DNA of 64,000 bases from Eledone cirrhosa (GCA_964016885.1 OZ024743.1:238886001-238950000), one strand, 5' to 3'; numbered from the stretch's first letter, positions 13,020 to 28,427 are shown. Program-made: numbers and translations. The notes: generated by a model not told the origin, from the sequence alone.

Positions 13020-13750
13020 CAGCATGGCATCTTGGGCAAGTACCATTTATAGACTCAGGTCGAACCGTGTCTTTTGTGTATAATTGGGTAGACGGAATCT
13101 CTTTGGAAGTCAGTTGGATGAACTGTTCTCGTAATTCAACGAGGTCCAGCTTTGATACTCACTGTGTCACGAAGAATTGTCTTGAGAATTACGTTAAGGA
13201 TATACGTTTGCAGACATACCAACCTCTAAAGACCCAAATGGGGAGTACCATGAAAAACAGTGCCCTAAAACGGGTAGAAATGAGGCAAAATTGGGAGATT
13301 TTACATAATGAAAGCTATAACCATTTTCACAAGAGAAAACATCTCTCACCCATCCCAAAGTAGGTGGGAGATCTCCCCGTCGGACAGGGAGAGTTGACAG
13401 GTCTACATTTGAGGAGCGTTCAACCACTTACACATGAATTCCATGAGCGGGTTGTTTCATTGATCATAAGAGTGGAACACACAACGCCGATACCGACGGA
13501 GCTCCATTGATCGATATTCACACATATTTCTGGACTACTTTGTTCGGAGGCTAAGCTCTTTACAATCAAGGCATTTGAGAGATCGTACGACCGAAACACT
13601 CACCGTTAAAACCGACGGTGGTTCATCAGTGGGTATTCACACATATACTTCTTAATTGCTTTCTTTAGAAGCTAAACGATTCACAATCAATGCTTTGGAG
13701 TAGAGAATAATTAACTGCAAAACAAAACGAAATTTTAAATGCAATGCAAG
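13020..13750 (+). pseudogene. Highly degenerate PLE GIY-YIG relic with a duplicated C-terminal segment
   Basis: Traces of TIYRL..IIG, NWEIL, LCSEAKLFTI and LSLEAKRFTI..INCKT..KC. Imperfect repeat of about 116 bp beginning tattcacacatat. Confidence 0.4.
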
Positions 13751-14474
13751 TCTGTACTTGCATTGCATTCGATTTTGACAGAAGAATTCCGATACGACAG
13801 TATGACAATACATATTCTTTCGCTTGTTGAGGTTCATTTCCGTTTCCTCTTCTACTGTTCTGTTTCTCAGTAAATGTTTTCGTTGAGGGCGTTATTTACT
13901 AATTTCCGTTTTAACGACAGTCTTATATGCGGTCGACAAGCACCTGTCGTTCTAGCAGAGCTATCTGCCAGTATCTTTGTCACGTCAATTGTTTCTCACA
14001 TACAGCAGCAGCAGCAGCAGCAACAGCAGCCATATGTCCATTTTCATATTGTTTTTCATTCTTCAAATTTTCTCCCCTCCAACGTTCTCTCTCTATCACT
14101 CCTATACACACAGTCGCTCCCTCTCACATTCATTTTTCCATATTTCCCCATCCATTTTATTTAATTAATTTATTTATTTTTAATCTTATCCATCTATTAT
14201 TTTTTTATCATTTTTATTTTCATCATATTTAATTTTTCCCATTATTTTTTAATTAATGCCTTTTTTGTTATTTTTTCTATATACTTTCTTCAGTGTAATA
14301 TTTTCTAATTTTTTTTATTGTAGTAAAAGTGCTGGTTGGTGATATAGAATATATAACAGATTGGTTAAAGGTTCAATTTCATTAACACATTCGTTTCGAA
14401 AATTATTCACCATTTCGAAACCTATTCACCGAGCGAAACTTTTCTGTTTCACCGCCCAATTTCAATGAAGTAAT

Positions 14475-14740
14475 AATTGTTTCTACTTTTGGCACAAGGC
14501 CAGCAATTACCCAATACATTACTGGTACTTTATTTTATCGACCCCAATGGCTTCTAATTTAGTGACCAGATCTGCAATTTGTAAGCCAATTATAATGCTG
14601 ACCGTACTGGATCTGAACTCAGAACATAGAACGTCGTTAACTAAATTCCGCACAGAACTTTGTCCAATGCTTTACCGATTTAAAGGGATTTAATTCTATG
14701 CTGCAAAGCATGGCGTCCGATCCTCTTCCAATACTCAGCC
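14475..14740 (-). mobile_element. SINE copy or copies
   Basis: Same tail (aattgtttctactttt..ggcacaaggcc), core and tRNA-like head as the other copies. Confidence 0.7.
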
Positions 14741-15049
14741 TAACGATTGGGGTGTCGTGTTTTAGCCTTCAGCTAATGTTTATCTGATTTCTGTCTCTCT
14801 CCTATCTGCTCCTTTCTATTCTTTATCTTTCTCACTCTTTATCTTACTATTTCATATTTTCTACTGAAACCCATTTTTTCAAAGAATGCAATTCTTCCTC
14901 TGCTACATCCTCCATCCCTTCTAGCCCACACAATCTGTCACCTTCATTCTTCTCCTTTTCCTAACCATTTCCACTACAGAGCACTTCCTCTGTCTCTCAT
15001 CCATTGTCATATTTCTATTCTTGGATATTATTTGAAAGTTTCACACTAG

Positions 15050-15585
15050 ATCCTTCTCCTCGGCCTTAATTTCGTGCGCATCTGATCTACTTTCCCCCGA
15101 TATATTTCAGTTGAAGTACTGCTCTGTCGCTATTTACAAGTCTCAATACCTTGAGATACATTGGTCGAAAGTCTTAATGTATCTATCGTGATCTTTTTGT
15201 TTACGTTGCTTAATTCCCCAGTAGTCCATCACTTCGGTAAGGATCTTTCTGGCGACATTGTGTTATCATGCTTAAATGTACCGCCATTGGTCGGTCGGAA
15301 GATATATATGTAGCTAATGTTGTTTGTGTAACCCCTAGTAGCTAAAGCCATAAAAAGGCACTACGGTTATTAGTCAGTGATCCTACACTCCTTGCCAAAA
15401 CTGAAACCGTAATAACCTATAATAGGCGGCTGAAAATAGGGTAATTATGTCCGGGTTGTGACATTTTTTATGCTTGAACGAAAACGCATGCAGATAATCT
15501 TCTTTTTCTTCACACACTTATTCCTGAGAGGGCCGTATGGGGCAGATTACTCCAACGCTCTTTCCAGTGGGTCCTGTCAGAAGTA
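15050..15585 (-). mobile_element. RTE-like LINE fragments
   Basis: ttccagtgggtcctgtcagaag is shared with the element at 63180-63590. FKYLG-like (tcaaggtattgag) trace on the minus strand. Confidence 0.45.
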
Positions 15586-15769
15586 ACCGACTCCAACTTT
15601 AGGAGAGCAGCTAAGAATTCTCTCAACCTCGTGAGGTTGCACAAGCTACTCTCCTCACCAAACTTGGCAGATCTGCCATTTTAGTTGTCGATGGTCCGAC
15701 CATGCAGCACGTTTTACTGGCTTACATGTTACCAGTAGCGCTGAAGAATAACCTGACACACACACACAC

Positions 15770-15848
<79 letters not shown>

Positions 15849-15853
<5 letters not shown>

Positions 15854-16056
15854 ATGCTTTGGGAGGGTCATGCTGCCAACAAAAACACACGCACCTGCTA
15901 TTTTCACTTCAATTTATTATACATTTCCGGTTGGTTAATTGGATCGATAACCGGATGGTTGTTTATATATTGTCAAAGCTCTTTCGTCACACATTCTGTG
16001 ACTTCCTCAGTGACTAGGTTTTTATTGGCAGCATGACCCTCCCAAAGTATAACAAT
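15849..16056 (-). mobile_element. Short PLE-terminus fold-back insertion containing an HHR (15972-16014)
   Basis: Inverted ends ttgttatgctttgggagggtcatgctgccaa / ttggcagcatgaccctcccaaagtataacaa. Minus strand reads gtca CTGAGGA agtcaca..tgtgac GAAA gagc TT tgac. Confidence 0.75.
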
Positions 16057-16115
16057 ATCTGTTTCAACACACGTTTGCAGATGAGAAATTTTGCAAAACA
16101 AATTAAAAAACGAAG

Positions 16116-16200
<85 letters not shown>

Positions 16201-16414
16201 GTAAGTAAAGAATTTTAAGTAAAGAAATTCAAACACACATACACACAACACACACACACGCACACACACACAAGCACACAAATAAACATGCATATCTTTA
16301 CTTTCTTTATTCAATAGAAAATCTGAATTCTGACACCCCAGCGAACTAACCATATTCACTGAACCAGAACAATTCTCCAATCCCTTTCTCTTGACCATTA
16401 TCTTTCACTTATTC

Positions 16415-16602
16415 AGGGCGGGGGATTGGCAGTATCGGTAGAGGGTCGGATGCCATGCTTTCCAGCATAGTTACGTCCCTTTACGATCTGAGTTCAAATC
16501 CCGCCGAGGTTGACTTTGCCTTTCATCCTTACGGGGTCGATAAAATAAAGTACCAGTAACGCACTGGATAATTGCTGGCCTTGTGCCTAAAGTAGAAACA
16601 AT
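16415..16602 (+). mobile_element. Full-length tRNA-derived SINE
   Basis: A-box-like tggcagtatcggtagag, B-box gagttcaaatccc, core gactttgcctttcatccttacggggtcgataaaataaagtaccag. Multiple copies in the window. Confidence 0.85.
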
Positions 16603-16716
16603 TATCTTTCACTTATCATAAAATTCTCTAAAAGGGCTACAGAATGGATTTCCAAGTAAGAGCACGGAAATTTAATGAAAACTTGTTCACGTGACAGCCA
16701 TAATTTCATTTATAAC

Positions 16717-16749
<33 letters not shown>

Positions 16750-17008
16750 CTTCGTGAGCCTCTTTTTTCAAGTAAAAAGAAATTCAAACACTCATATATG
16801 AAAAAACAACCGGTGACAACCCCCCCCCCTCTTATTTGAAGAACTATTGTAACGCGAACTGGCGCGAAATTTATTATAATTATTGACAAACCAATCAAAT
16901 TACGTCTCGAAAAACCTGGCATTTCGAGCCACTTTTTCCAGATAAAACAAGTAACATTCAGAGACCAACCAGATGTGAGAAAAACCACAGACCCTCCATC
17001 TCAACTCA

Positions 17009-17046
17009 CCTTTTGAAAAGCAGAAGAACTGCGAAACCGGTAAAGG
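17009..17046 (+). ncRNA. Minimal type I hammerhead with U3:A8 core (UUGAAAA)
   Basis: cctt TTGAAAA gcag-aagaa-ctgc GAAA ccgg TA aagg. A second, mutated copy is at 20040-20077, inside a roughly 200-bp repeat (16977-17185 / 20008-20220). Confidence 0.75.
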
Positions 17047-17285
17047 AACCAAATAAATATATATATTTAAAAAAAAAATAAGACTCCAGTTGCATTTTCG
17101 ATTTCATCTCTTTTTCTTTATACTTTCACTCGTGTAGGACACCTCGGTTATTTTTCATTTTGTAAAAAAAAACCTCACTTTCTAATATATAAATGTATAT
17201 ATACTTATATACATATACATATATATACATCTGTATATATATAAAATGAATTAATAAAAATAAATATGTATGTATGCATATATAT

Positions 17286-17377
<92 letters not shown>

Positions 17378-17633
17378 CAAAGATATATATTGAGTTAGAA
17401 ACTCAAAATAGTCTCTTACAATTAAATACCTCAAGGAGAGAAATTTTTCCTGTCTGGGTGTCTGATAGTTATCACAATTTCGGTTTGTATTTTTTCTTAA
17501 TTCATTCTTTAAATTAAGTCAGGCAAACCTCATTGTTCATAGTTAGAATTTTTTTCACCCTAACTAACCTGTTCCCTTACGATTTGAACACATATATGTA
17601 TATATCTGTATTTATCTCTCTTTTATTTTGAAT

Positions 17634-17710
<77 letters not shown>

Positions 17711-17751
17711 CGAAACATAAGTCAATTGCATGAATTCATAATCCTTTATTT

Positions 17752-17807
17752 ACTGCTATATATATTTCGATGATAGCCATTGAATGGCTATGACCTCATC
17801 AGGCAGT
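17752..17807 (-). ncRNA. Minimal type I hammerhead ribozyme
   Basis: Minus strand reads actgc CTGATGA ggtc-atagcca-ttcaa-tggctat-catc GAAA tatata TA gcagt. A related degenerate copy is at 25716-25770 (+). Confidence 0.8.
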
Positions 17808-18312
17808 TAGTCAGTTCTTAGATATGCCAGCTCTGTGTGTATAGTGTTGATGCACGTACACTCACACCCACCTCCACAGACACACACACATCCACACATA
17901 CAAATTGAGGAATTAATGCGGGGGTGGTAATACTTAAAATAATGGTTAGAGTCAAATACTTAAATAGTTCAGAATATTTAGAAATAAAAGGCTTATGTTG
18001 GTTGACTTGTACATACACTCACACCTACACCCTCAGACACACACATATCTACACACAGAAATCCATACAGGTGTGTATATATATATATATGTACGCACAA
18101 CTATATATATATATATATAAAATATATACATATACATAAAATATATATATATATAAAATATATATATATATAAAATATACATATATATAAAATACATATA
18201 TATACACATATATATATATAAAACACATATATATATATATATATAAAATACACATATATACACATATAAAAAATATACATATATACATATAATATATATA
18301 TATATATATATA

Positions 18313-19998
18313 AAATCAGGTTCAATAAAACGTGGTTTTGATGACTCCTAACCATTAGAGGATTCGGTGGACCATCCACCATAGGTTGTTGTTGTCCATT
18401 GGTCATTGGCACGGGGTGTAGGGGACCTACAGGGGGGGGGGGGGGGGCGTTGTGGGAGGCCTTAAGCCGGGTTTATCCATATAGCTTGAGGAAAGTTCCC
18501 GTCCTTAGGTGTCTGCAGGCACCGAATAAGTCGGCCCTTGGTTCCGTCATGAAGTATCTCGAGTGTCTCACTAAGACAGAGGTTGCAAATACCAGACCTT
18601 CCTCTGTCTGGGGGAACCTTTCTAACGACGGACCAGACCAGAGAGTGCGGGGTCTTTTCATGTTTGAGCTTCCAGATCAATTCAGAAAGGGCCGTACATT
18701 TCCTCTTATCTATTCTGTTAAAGGAATAGCGATGGTTATACCACCGATCTTTGAATCTCGTCGCTGTGGACCCTATGTAGTGGTGCTCCGAGTTAGGGGT
18801 TGTGACCTTGCACCTGTAGACTGCGTTTTTCGTGATGGGTCTCTGCAATTACATGACTTCTTAAGCAACAACACCACATGTACCGCGTGGTTACCATCAC
18901 TCGGAGTTGGCTGGGTAGCCTCCACAATCAGCACAGGGTCGTTGGGTTCCGGTGTGCTAGTTCGGCCTGTCCGGGTTAGGGTGCGGCCCGCGTGTGGGTC
19001 CTGTTAGGTGGCTCCGGGGTTTACGGTGGTATTAGAGGCAGTGAGCCTATTCCTATTTATGCCAGCTATGTGTTGGGCTACGGAGCGTGTGGTTGACTAG
19101 GAAAGTATCACCGTGTGCCTGTTGAATATTTTATGGCACTTGTGGGCCCTAGGGAAACATTTATCCAGTACTCTAAAGAATGTTTTAGCCAGGCTGGTAC
19201 GTAGACCCACCGAGTACGGAGGGTTATACCAAGTGACCTTCCTGGTCTTATTCTTGCGGGGTTGTTGGGTGTCCGCCGTGGTCCATCGTGTGGTTGTGCA
19301 CAGCTCAGGTCGAGCTCGGTTGGTGTCACTCAGGTGTGCGGAGCGGTCACTATCAGGAGGGTTATATGGGCCCACCGTGGGGCTATAAAGCTGCGAGGTG
19401 CGGCTTCTCTGCTCAATTAGGGTTCGGCGGGTGGTGGGGCCGGTGGAGGGGTGCCTATGCTCCGCAGCACAGTGGTCTTCAGCGTTGTAGGTATTAGACC
19501 GGTGGGGTGGTGACGGTTAGGGGTCTGGGAGTGTTACTACTGGTCACCGAGGTATTAGGTGGGCGACTCATGCCCCTGAGGGTATTGGTCCGGGGTACCC
19601 CTGGGTCATCTCGATCATGTCCCTTAGGGTTGTAGCTGATCCTACGGCTGTGGGACGCTTGGCTAGCGCTGAGTTATAGTAATCAGCATTACTATTGAAG
19701 ATCTCTTTATTGGCAGACAAGTTAGAGATCCTGTCAGAGACACTCTTAACTACGGCCTTAACTATAGATCTAGGGTGATTAGACCCAGCGTTGATATACA
19801 ACAGCTTCTCATTGGGTTTATGATATGGGTGGTGTAGCTTGATGTTGAGGTTGTGGGTGGTGTCCAGAAAATTCACTACTTTTCTATTGGGTTCCATCTC
19901 TACTTTAAGTCCTACCTTGCTAAAGAAGTGTCTAATTCTCCTCTTCATATTTTCGACCATTGTGGTGCTGTGGTCCACTACGGTGAAGAGTGTGTCGT
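18313..19998 (-). mobile_element. PLE remnant (RT C-terminus, linker, GIY-YIG; Naiad-like) in (AT)n
   Basis: VVNFLDTT..PYHKPNEKLLYINAGSNHP, VTWYNPPYS..LDKCFP..HKIFNR, CNCRDP, NAVYRCKV..HYIGSTATRFKDRWYNH..CNLCLSE. Confidence 0.9.
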
Positions 19999-20222
19999 AT
20001 ATATATAGAGAAAAACCACAGACCCTCCATCTCAACTCACCTTTTGAAAAGAAGAAGAACTGCGAAATCGGTAAAGGAACCAAATAAATATATATATAAA
20101 AAAATAATAAGACTCCAGTTGCATTTTCGATTTCATCTCTTTTTCTTTATACTTTCACTCGTGTAGGACACCTCGGTTATTTTTCATTTTGTAAAAAAAA
20201 AAACCCCTCACTTTCTAATATA

Positions 20223-20333
<111 letters not shown>

Positions 20334-20715
20334 CATTTTAATATAGAAATACCTTCTGAAGGACTAGTAGTGTTTTCATTCGAAGGAAATGATAGGAAAG
20401 CCATTTCTATATTAAATTTGATGTGTATACCCTACTAATGTATTAAGTAACTTACTGTGACTCAAACAGGGACTCAACACACACACACACATATATAAGT
20501 ATACATACATATATATGTGTCTATATGTGTATATCGATGTATGTATGCGTATATACATATATATATATACATTTATACATGGACATGTATAAATGTGGCT
20601 ATTCTATGTCCATCTCCAAAGATGTATTCATATAGTGTTTATATTTGTTTACATGTGCAAGTAGTTACAATACACTTATAGATACCAATGCATACATACA
20701 TACATACACACACAC

Positions 20716-20903
<188 letters not shown>

Positions 20904-20909
20904 TAATAT

Positions 20910-20953
<44 letters not shown>

Positions 20954-21139
20954 AATATATATATATATATATAATATATATATATATAAATATATATATA
21001 TATATTATATATAGCTATAATCCTAAAAGAAGAATAGATCAGCACCATCGGTAACTACTGAGCCGCAGGTTTTATATCGGAGTTATATATACATAAATAT
21101 GTATATATGTGTATGTATATATATATGTATATATATATT

Positions 21140-21234
<95 letters not shown>

Positions 21235-21753
21235 GTGTGTGTGTCTGTGTGTATAACATATATGCATGCATGCATGTATGTGTATATATATAAATAGGCA
21301 ATACATACATAAATCTGTATAGTAGTTTAGCTATATATTCAAATATGTGTGTGTTTGGTGTGCGTGCGTATGTACGTGAGAACGTAACTAAAAAATAATA
21401 AATAAAAAAAAAACTGTAAAGGAATAGTGAGAAGAGAAGTACTTCATTTATAAATGAATGCTCTGGTATTTTAGATCTTCTAATCTTATATCTTAATAAA
21501 TCTACATATTAAAATGTACTACATTGTCTTTTCTCCTATCAATTCGCGTGGTATTGTCTCATTAAGAATGCTTCAGCTTAATATATTGATGATATTTTCG
21601 AAAGATAATAACACAAGCAGCTATATCAGATCTCCTATGTCTTCCTTTCCTTAACCTTTTCCTTGGAAAACTAACCGTAATTGATAGACTGTATTTATGT
21701 TTATTATCAACTGAAAACAAACACTTAGTCGTGTGTTTACCTACGCACACTTA

Positions 21754-21787
<34 letters not shown>

Positions 21788-22097
21788 CGCACACAGATAC
21801 ACGCACGCACACACACACACACCCATATATATATATATACATATACATATATATATATATATATGTATTTATATATATATAAGTATATATATACATATGA
21901 ATATATATCAGATATATAAGAACCGGAGTTTCGGAAGATCCCGTTAAGGGTGAAAGCAGGGATTATTTGCTTAAACTTTAACCTGTTATTTTAATGAATA
22001 TATATACACATATATACAAATTTATATACATATATATATATATATTTCGAATTTTGTTTATCGTGAACTCGTGCGCTGACTTTTCGATACTCGATCA

Positions 22098-22215
<118 letters not shown>

Positions 22216-22681
22216 TATATATATGTATAATAATTAGAGATTGATTAACATATCAAAATACATGAATAATCACAGGAGATAATTTAAGCTTGCGTGTAAC
22301 CGCGCATAGCTAGTTTAGGCAATATTTACCTTTAAGTGTGATTAACCTTCCTTGTATATATCTCATTAAAGAAATATATTTCACCAATTAATCAGATGGT
22401 AAGTCACGGAAAGTGGATATTATTGGATTGTCAAGAAGGAAAGGGATAATCCAGCTATCCGTGCTTACAGAGCGAGATCAAATCTTCAACTATCCGTCAC
22501 CACGTGTTGCGTCCACACAAGATAGCGGTTTCGTTTCAGTGGCGTGAAAAGATATTCGACAACTAGAAACAGCAGTGAAAATTTGGCATTCTGGAGCCAC
22601 TTTTCACTGTATATAAGGCACAAAATTTACCCATCTCACTACAGTTGAAAATTGCAAACTTGACTGTCACCACACATTATA

Positions 22682-22716
22682 AACCTGAAGATTGCGAAAG
22701 CATGAAAGTACTTGTT
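22682..22716 (+). ncRNA. Minimal type I hammerhead ribozyme
   Basis: aac CTGAAGA t-tgc-gaaa-gca-t GAAA gtac TT gtt, with palindromic stem III aagtactt. Confidence 0.75.
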
Positions 22717-22925
22717 CAATTAACACTTAACATTTAATATTCTACCATACTATTTCATTCTAATACCATTATAAATTTTAAAGGATTGTAAATAAAACGA
22801 GTAAATCAGACAAAGTTGGAATTCCTTTTATTAATATAATCTTCTATACACAATCATACACCCCCTTGTATATTTATCTATAATATATATATAGCGATGT
22901 AATAAACAACATAAGGCAATTATTC

Positions 22926-22979
22926 CATTTACCAGTGGTTTCTTAAAAACAAAAAATGTTGCTTTCAATCCTCAGAATG
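22926..22979 (-). ncRNA. Type I hammerhead ribozyme in a duplicated PLE-like terminus
   Basis: Minus strand reads catt CTGAGGA ttgaaagcaa..ttgtttttaa GAAA ccactgg TA aatg. The second copy at 24217-24271 has a non-cleavable GUG triplet. Confidence 0.7.
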
Positions 22980-23096
22980 AAAAAATCCTGGTCTGTTTAT
23001 TGAATTTGGATTTTAAAAACAAAAAAGAAATCTATATGAAAGTGAGGCTGGAGAAAGAAGAAGGAAAGGAAAAATAAAATAAAACCACACATGCAA

Positions 23097-23127
<31 letters not shown>

Positions 23128-23144
23128 CAATAGCATACATACAC

Positions 23145-23179
<35 letters not shown>

Positions 23180-23353
23180 CATACACTCATACATATACAC
23201 ACACATATACACATATATATGTGTATATAAATACACATATACACATACATATACACATACATACATACGCACATAAATATCAACACATCCATACATACAC
23301 ATATACAGCCACACACACATATATACACACATATATATATAGAAATGTAAATA

Positions 23354-23401
<48 letters not shown>

Positions 23402-23840
23402 CATACACATACACATACATAGCCATACACACATACATATACATGCATACATACATGCACACAATCATACCTATATACACGCGTACATACATACACATAC
23501 ATAAATGCGTACATATGCATGTACAAAATTAGAAAAATATACACACCTCTACATATTCACACACGCAAATAAATATGAGAAAAAATATATATAAAAAATA
23601 AAGATTATTATACAGTTGACAGCGATATAGCGGCGAGTAGATGAACAGACACGCGTGGTAAGCAATACACACAAATGCACGTACACATACGTACGAAAAG
23701 GTAATTACATACACACATTCTCACACATAAATATACGCATACAAATACATAAACACATACATACACATACACAAATACATACGCAAACACACACACACAC
23801 ACAAATATATATATATATACACACACATATACACATACAC

Positions 23841-23973
<133 letters not shown>

Positions 23974-24053
23974 CACACACACATACATACATAGCTATAC
24001 AATTATACACATACAAATACGTACATATCACAAACACGCACAACCAAATACAA

Positions 24054-24116
<63 letters not shown>

Positions 24117-24287
24117 TAAATGTGTGTGTGTAAAACTCAATCTTAGATAATTAATATGAATCTTATATATACATATATATAGTAGTAATGTAATAAACAA
24201 CATAAGGCAATTATTCCATTCACCAGTGGTTTCTTAAAAGCAAAGACATGTTGCCTTCAATCCTCAGAATGAAAAAAACCTGGTCTA

Positions 24288-24976
24288 GGACACTAGGAAC
24301 CCATATAAAAATAATAATTCAGTGGATGGAATAAAGCTAGCGGGGACTAAATTCCAAAACACTGAAAATATTCACTGCCTCTGGTCAGTGGTCGATTCTA
24401 AAGAATCAATCACGTGACACTGAGGTTACTCAGTGAGGAGTGGGGTGGTATTATGACAAGAGCCTACTACTACCATGAATTAGCAGTAAATTTTGGCAAG
24501 TTTTACTCAACGAATAATTTGGAGATAAATATAGAGAATTAGTATATCTACCAACATATGTGTACAGATGTACACCCATGCTAGCAAATATATATGTTAT
24601 GTCTTAGTACCTTTGTGGTTCTATGCAGGGGGATGCAGAACAATTATATGAAAGACGTAAAATAAGAACATTTTAAAAATTAAAAATTAACTTACTAAAA
24701 TTTTCACTCCAACTAATTAGTTTCTGTAAGGGGATAAATATAGTTACGTAATATAACTATAGAGAATTCCTTACGTCTATTCTCAGCTAAGTTCACAGAC
24801 AAATTTTAATAAGTAAGTTAATTTTTAATTTTAAAAATTTTCTTATTTTACGTCTTTCATATAATTGTTCTGCTTCCCCCCCTTCCCCCTGCATAGAACC
24901 ACAAAGGTACTAAGACATAACATATATATTTGCTAGCATGGGTGTACATCTGTACACAGATGTTGGTAGATATACT

Positions 24977-24980
<4 letters not shown>
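24288..24980. mobile_element. Older fold-back copy of the 546-bp family (HHR core deleted)
   Basis: Homologous to 27044-27300 and 26750-27030. About 24536-24700 and about 24810-24980 are inverted repeats. Confidence 0.75.
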
Positions 24981-25063
<83 letters not shown>

Positions 25064-25125
25064 CTTTCCGATTTGTTTAGCAAGATTCTTTATTTGAAAA
25101 CGTCTGTTGTCTGTTGAAACCGCTG

Positions 25126-25405
25126 TTGTTATGCTTTGGGAGGGTCATGTTGCCAATAAGAAACACACGCACCAACATGCTTTTACTCCAATTGATATAT
25201 ATAAACCCCAGTCACTGAAGAGGTCACACAAAGTGTGACGAAAGAACTTTGACAATATATGAACAACCGTCCGGTTATGGAACCAACCACCAACCGGAAA
25301 TATATAAATTCTTAAATTTATAAATTTTTTTATAATAAATTGAAGTGAAAACAACTGGTGCCTGTGTTTCTTATTGGCAACATGACCCTACCAAAGCATA
25401 ACAAT
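25126..25405 (+). mobile_element. Fold-back PLE-terminus insertion with HHR (25211-25253); same family as 15849-16056
   Basis: gtca CTGAAGA g-gtcacac-aaa-gtgtgac GAAA gaac TT tgac, with the same inverted ends. Confidence 0.75.
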
Positions 25406-25410
25406 ATATG

Positions 25411-25454
<44 letters not shown>

Positions 25455-25819
25455 TATATAGATATATAGATATATATACATATATAGGATAAAAGAGAAA
25501 ACTCAGGTAGATATTAAAAAAAGGGATTTTATCCAGGCAACTGGTGTAGTTACCACTAACCGTACGTTGAAACCGTACATGAAACTGGCTGTCTTAACCA
25601 CGAGCTGGATTAAAATAAGCAATTTTCTGCTTCCCTAACTATATACATATATACATATATATATATTCCAGTTCCTCAGTGAAATAACAACCCAGCCAGG
25701 AACTGGGCATATCAGACTGCCTGAAGAAGTCACAGACAAAGATGCCTGTCACCGAAATATATATAGCAATAATAAAGGAAGACAAATTTTAAATATTTAA
25801 CTTATTTATTTTAGTTTAT

Positions 25820-25881
<62 letters not shown>

Positions 25882-25886
25882 TTTAT

Positions 25887-26257
<371 letters not shown>

Positions 26258-26439
26258 TTTTTACTCCAATAATTTGTTGAGTGCTTTATAATAGTTATAA
26301 AAATATTTGCTTGTTGTATCCCAACAAATTAAATATAACTTCTACATATATACATATATATATACATATATATATACATATATACATATATACATATATA
26401 TATACATATATACATATATATATATACTTATATATATAC

Positions 26440-26502
<63 letters not shown>

Positions 26503-26519
26503 CATATATACATATATAC

Positions 26520-26551
<32 letters not shown>

Positions 26552-26588
26552 ATATATAGAAATATGTATATATATATATGTACATATG

Positions 26589-26681
<93 letters not shown>

Positions 26682-26749
26682 GTATATATATATGTATATA
26701 TATATATATATGTATATATATATGTATATATGTATATATATAGAGAGAG

Positions 26750-27777
26750 AGAATTTAGTATATCTACTAACATATGCGTACAGATGTACGCTAATGCTAG
26801 CAAATACATAAGTTATGTCATAGTACCTAGGTGTTTCAATGCAGGAGGATGCAGAACAATAATATGAAAGACGTAAAATAAGAAAATTTTAAAAAGAAAT
26901 TAAAAAATTAACTTACTTACTAAAATTTTCACTCCAACTAATTAGTTTCTGCAATGGGATAAAGACAGTTACGTAATATAACCGTCGAGAATTCATTGCG
27001 TCATCAGGGAGTCTATTCTCAGCTAAGTCTCCAGGCAATGCGCGGACACTGGGGACTCATATAAAAATAATAATAATTCGGTTTGATGGAACAGCTAGCG
27101 GGGACTGGATTCCATGCACTGAAAAGCTCGCTGTCTCTGGTCAAATGGCAGATTCTAAAGAATCAATCACGTGACACTGAGGCTAGTCGGTAGGAGTGGG
27201 ATGGTAAGATGACAGAAGCCTACTACCACACCAATAAATTAGTAGTGGTTTGGGCAGGTTTGCTCAACAAATAAATAATTTGGAGATAAATATAGAGAAT
27301 TTAGTATATCTACTAACATATGCGTACAGATGTACGCTAATGCTAGCAAATACATAAGTTATGTCATAGTACCTAGGTGGTTCAATGCAGGAGGATGCAG
27401 AACAATAATATGAAAGACGTAAAATAAGAAAATTTTAAAAAGAAATTAAAAAATTAGCTTACTTACTAACCTCAGTGTCACGTGATTGATTCTTTAGAAT
27501 CTGCCATTTGATCAGAGACAGCGAGCTTTTCAGTGCATGGAATCCAGTCCCCGCTAGCTGTTCCATCTACCGAATTATTATTATTTTTATATGAGTCCCC
27601 AGTGTCCGCGCATTGCCTGGAGACTTAGCTGAGAATAGACTCCCTGACGACGCAATGAATTCTCGACGGTTATATTACGTAACTGTCTTTATCCCATTGC
27701 AGAAACTAATTAGTTGGAGTGAAAATTTTAGTAAGTTAATTTTTTTATTTCTTTTTAAAATTTTCTTATTTTACGTC

Positions 27778-27784
<7 letters not shown>
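26750..27784. mobile_element. 546-bp-period HHR-bearing tandem plus inverted repeat (retrozyme-like or solo PLE terminal repeat)
   Basis: gaatttagtatatctactaac recurs at 26751 and 27297. Inversion at about 27470. HHRs at 26931-27012 (-) and 27639-27720 (+): actcc CTGA(T/C)GA c-gcaatg..cattgc-a GAAA ctaattag TT ggagt. No ORF, and flanked by (AT)n. Confidence 0.8.
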
Positions 27785-27831
<47 letters not shown>

Positions 27832-27934
27832 GTATATATGTATATATATATAAATATATATATATGTATATATATATATATGTGTGTATATATATATATA
27901 TGTGTATATATATATATGTGTATATATATATATT

Positions 27935-27970
<36 letters not shown>

Positions 27971-28033
27971 TGAATATACATATATATATGTTTGTGTGTG
28001 TATATATATATGTGTGTATATATATATATATGA

Positions 28034-28100
<67 letters not shown>

Positions 28101-28427
28101 TAAACAAATAATGAATGAACAATTCCTTATATTAAACAAAAAAAGTTCATTATTTAACGATCGTTTCTAGGGCATATATGTGTTATAATTGGTATGCATA
28201 TTCAACAGATCTATGTACAAAATTATACAAAATTATACAAATTATCAAGATTAAATATTTTAATTATTCACAGCTTTTACAGTGTTGGTGAAGTCAATAT
28301 ATGTGGATTAATTTATTTTAATAGAACTGGTATTGCAGATTTTCTTGTTTACAGGAGGAAAATGTTTTCTTACCAGATTACACTACCGTAAACTCTTGGT
28401 AGATTTATCTACATATATATATATATA

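Noticed and set aside
18399-19007. 202-aa plus-strand ORF as an independent gene
   Set aside because: It is the antisense shadow of the minus-strand PLE GIY-YIG region.
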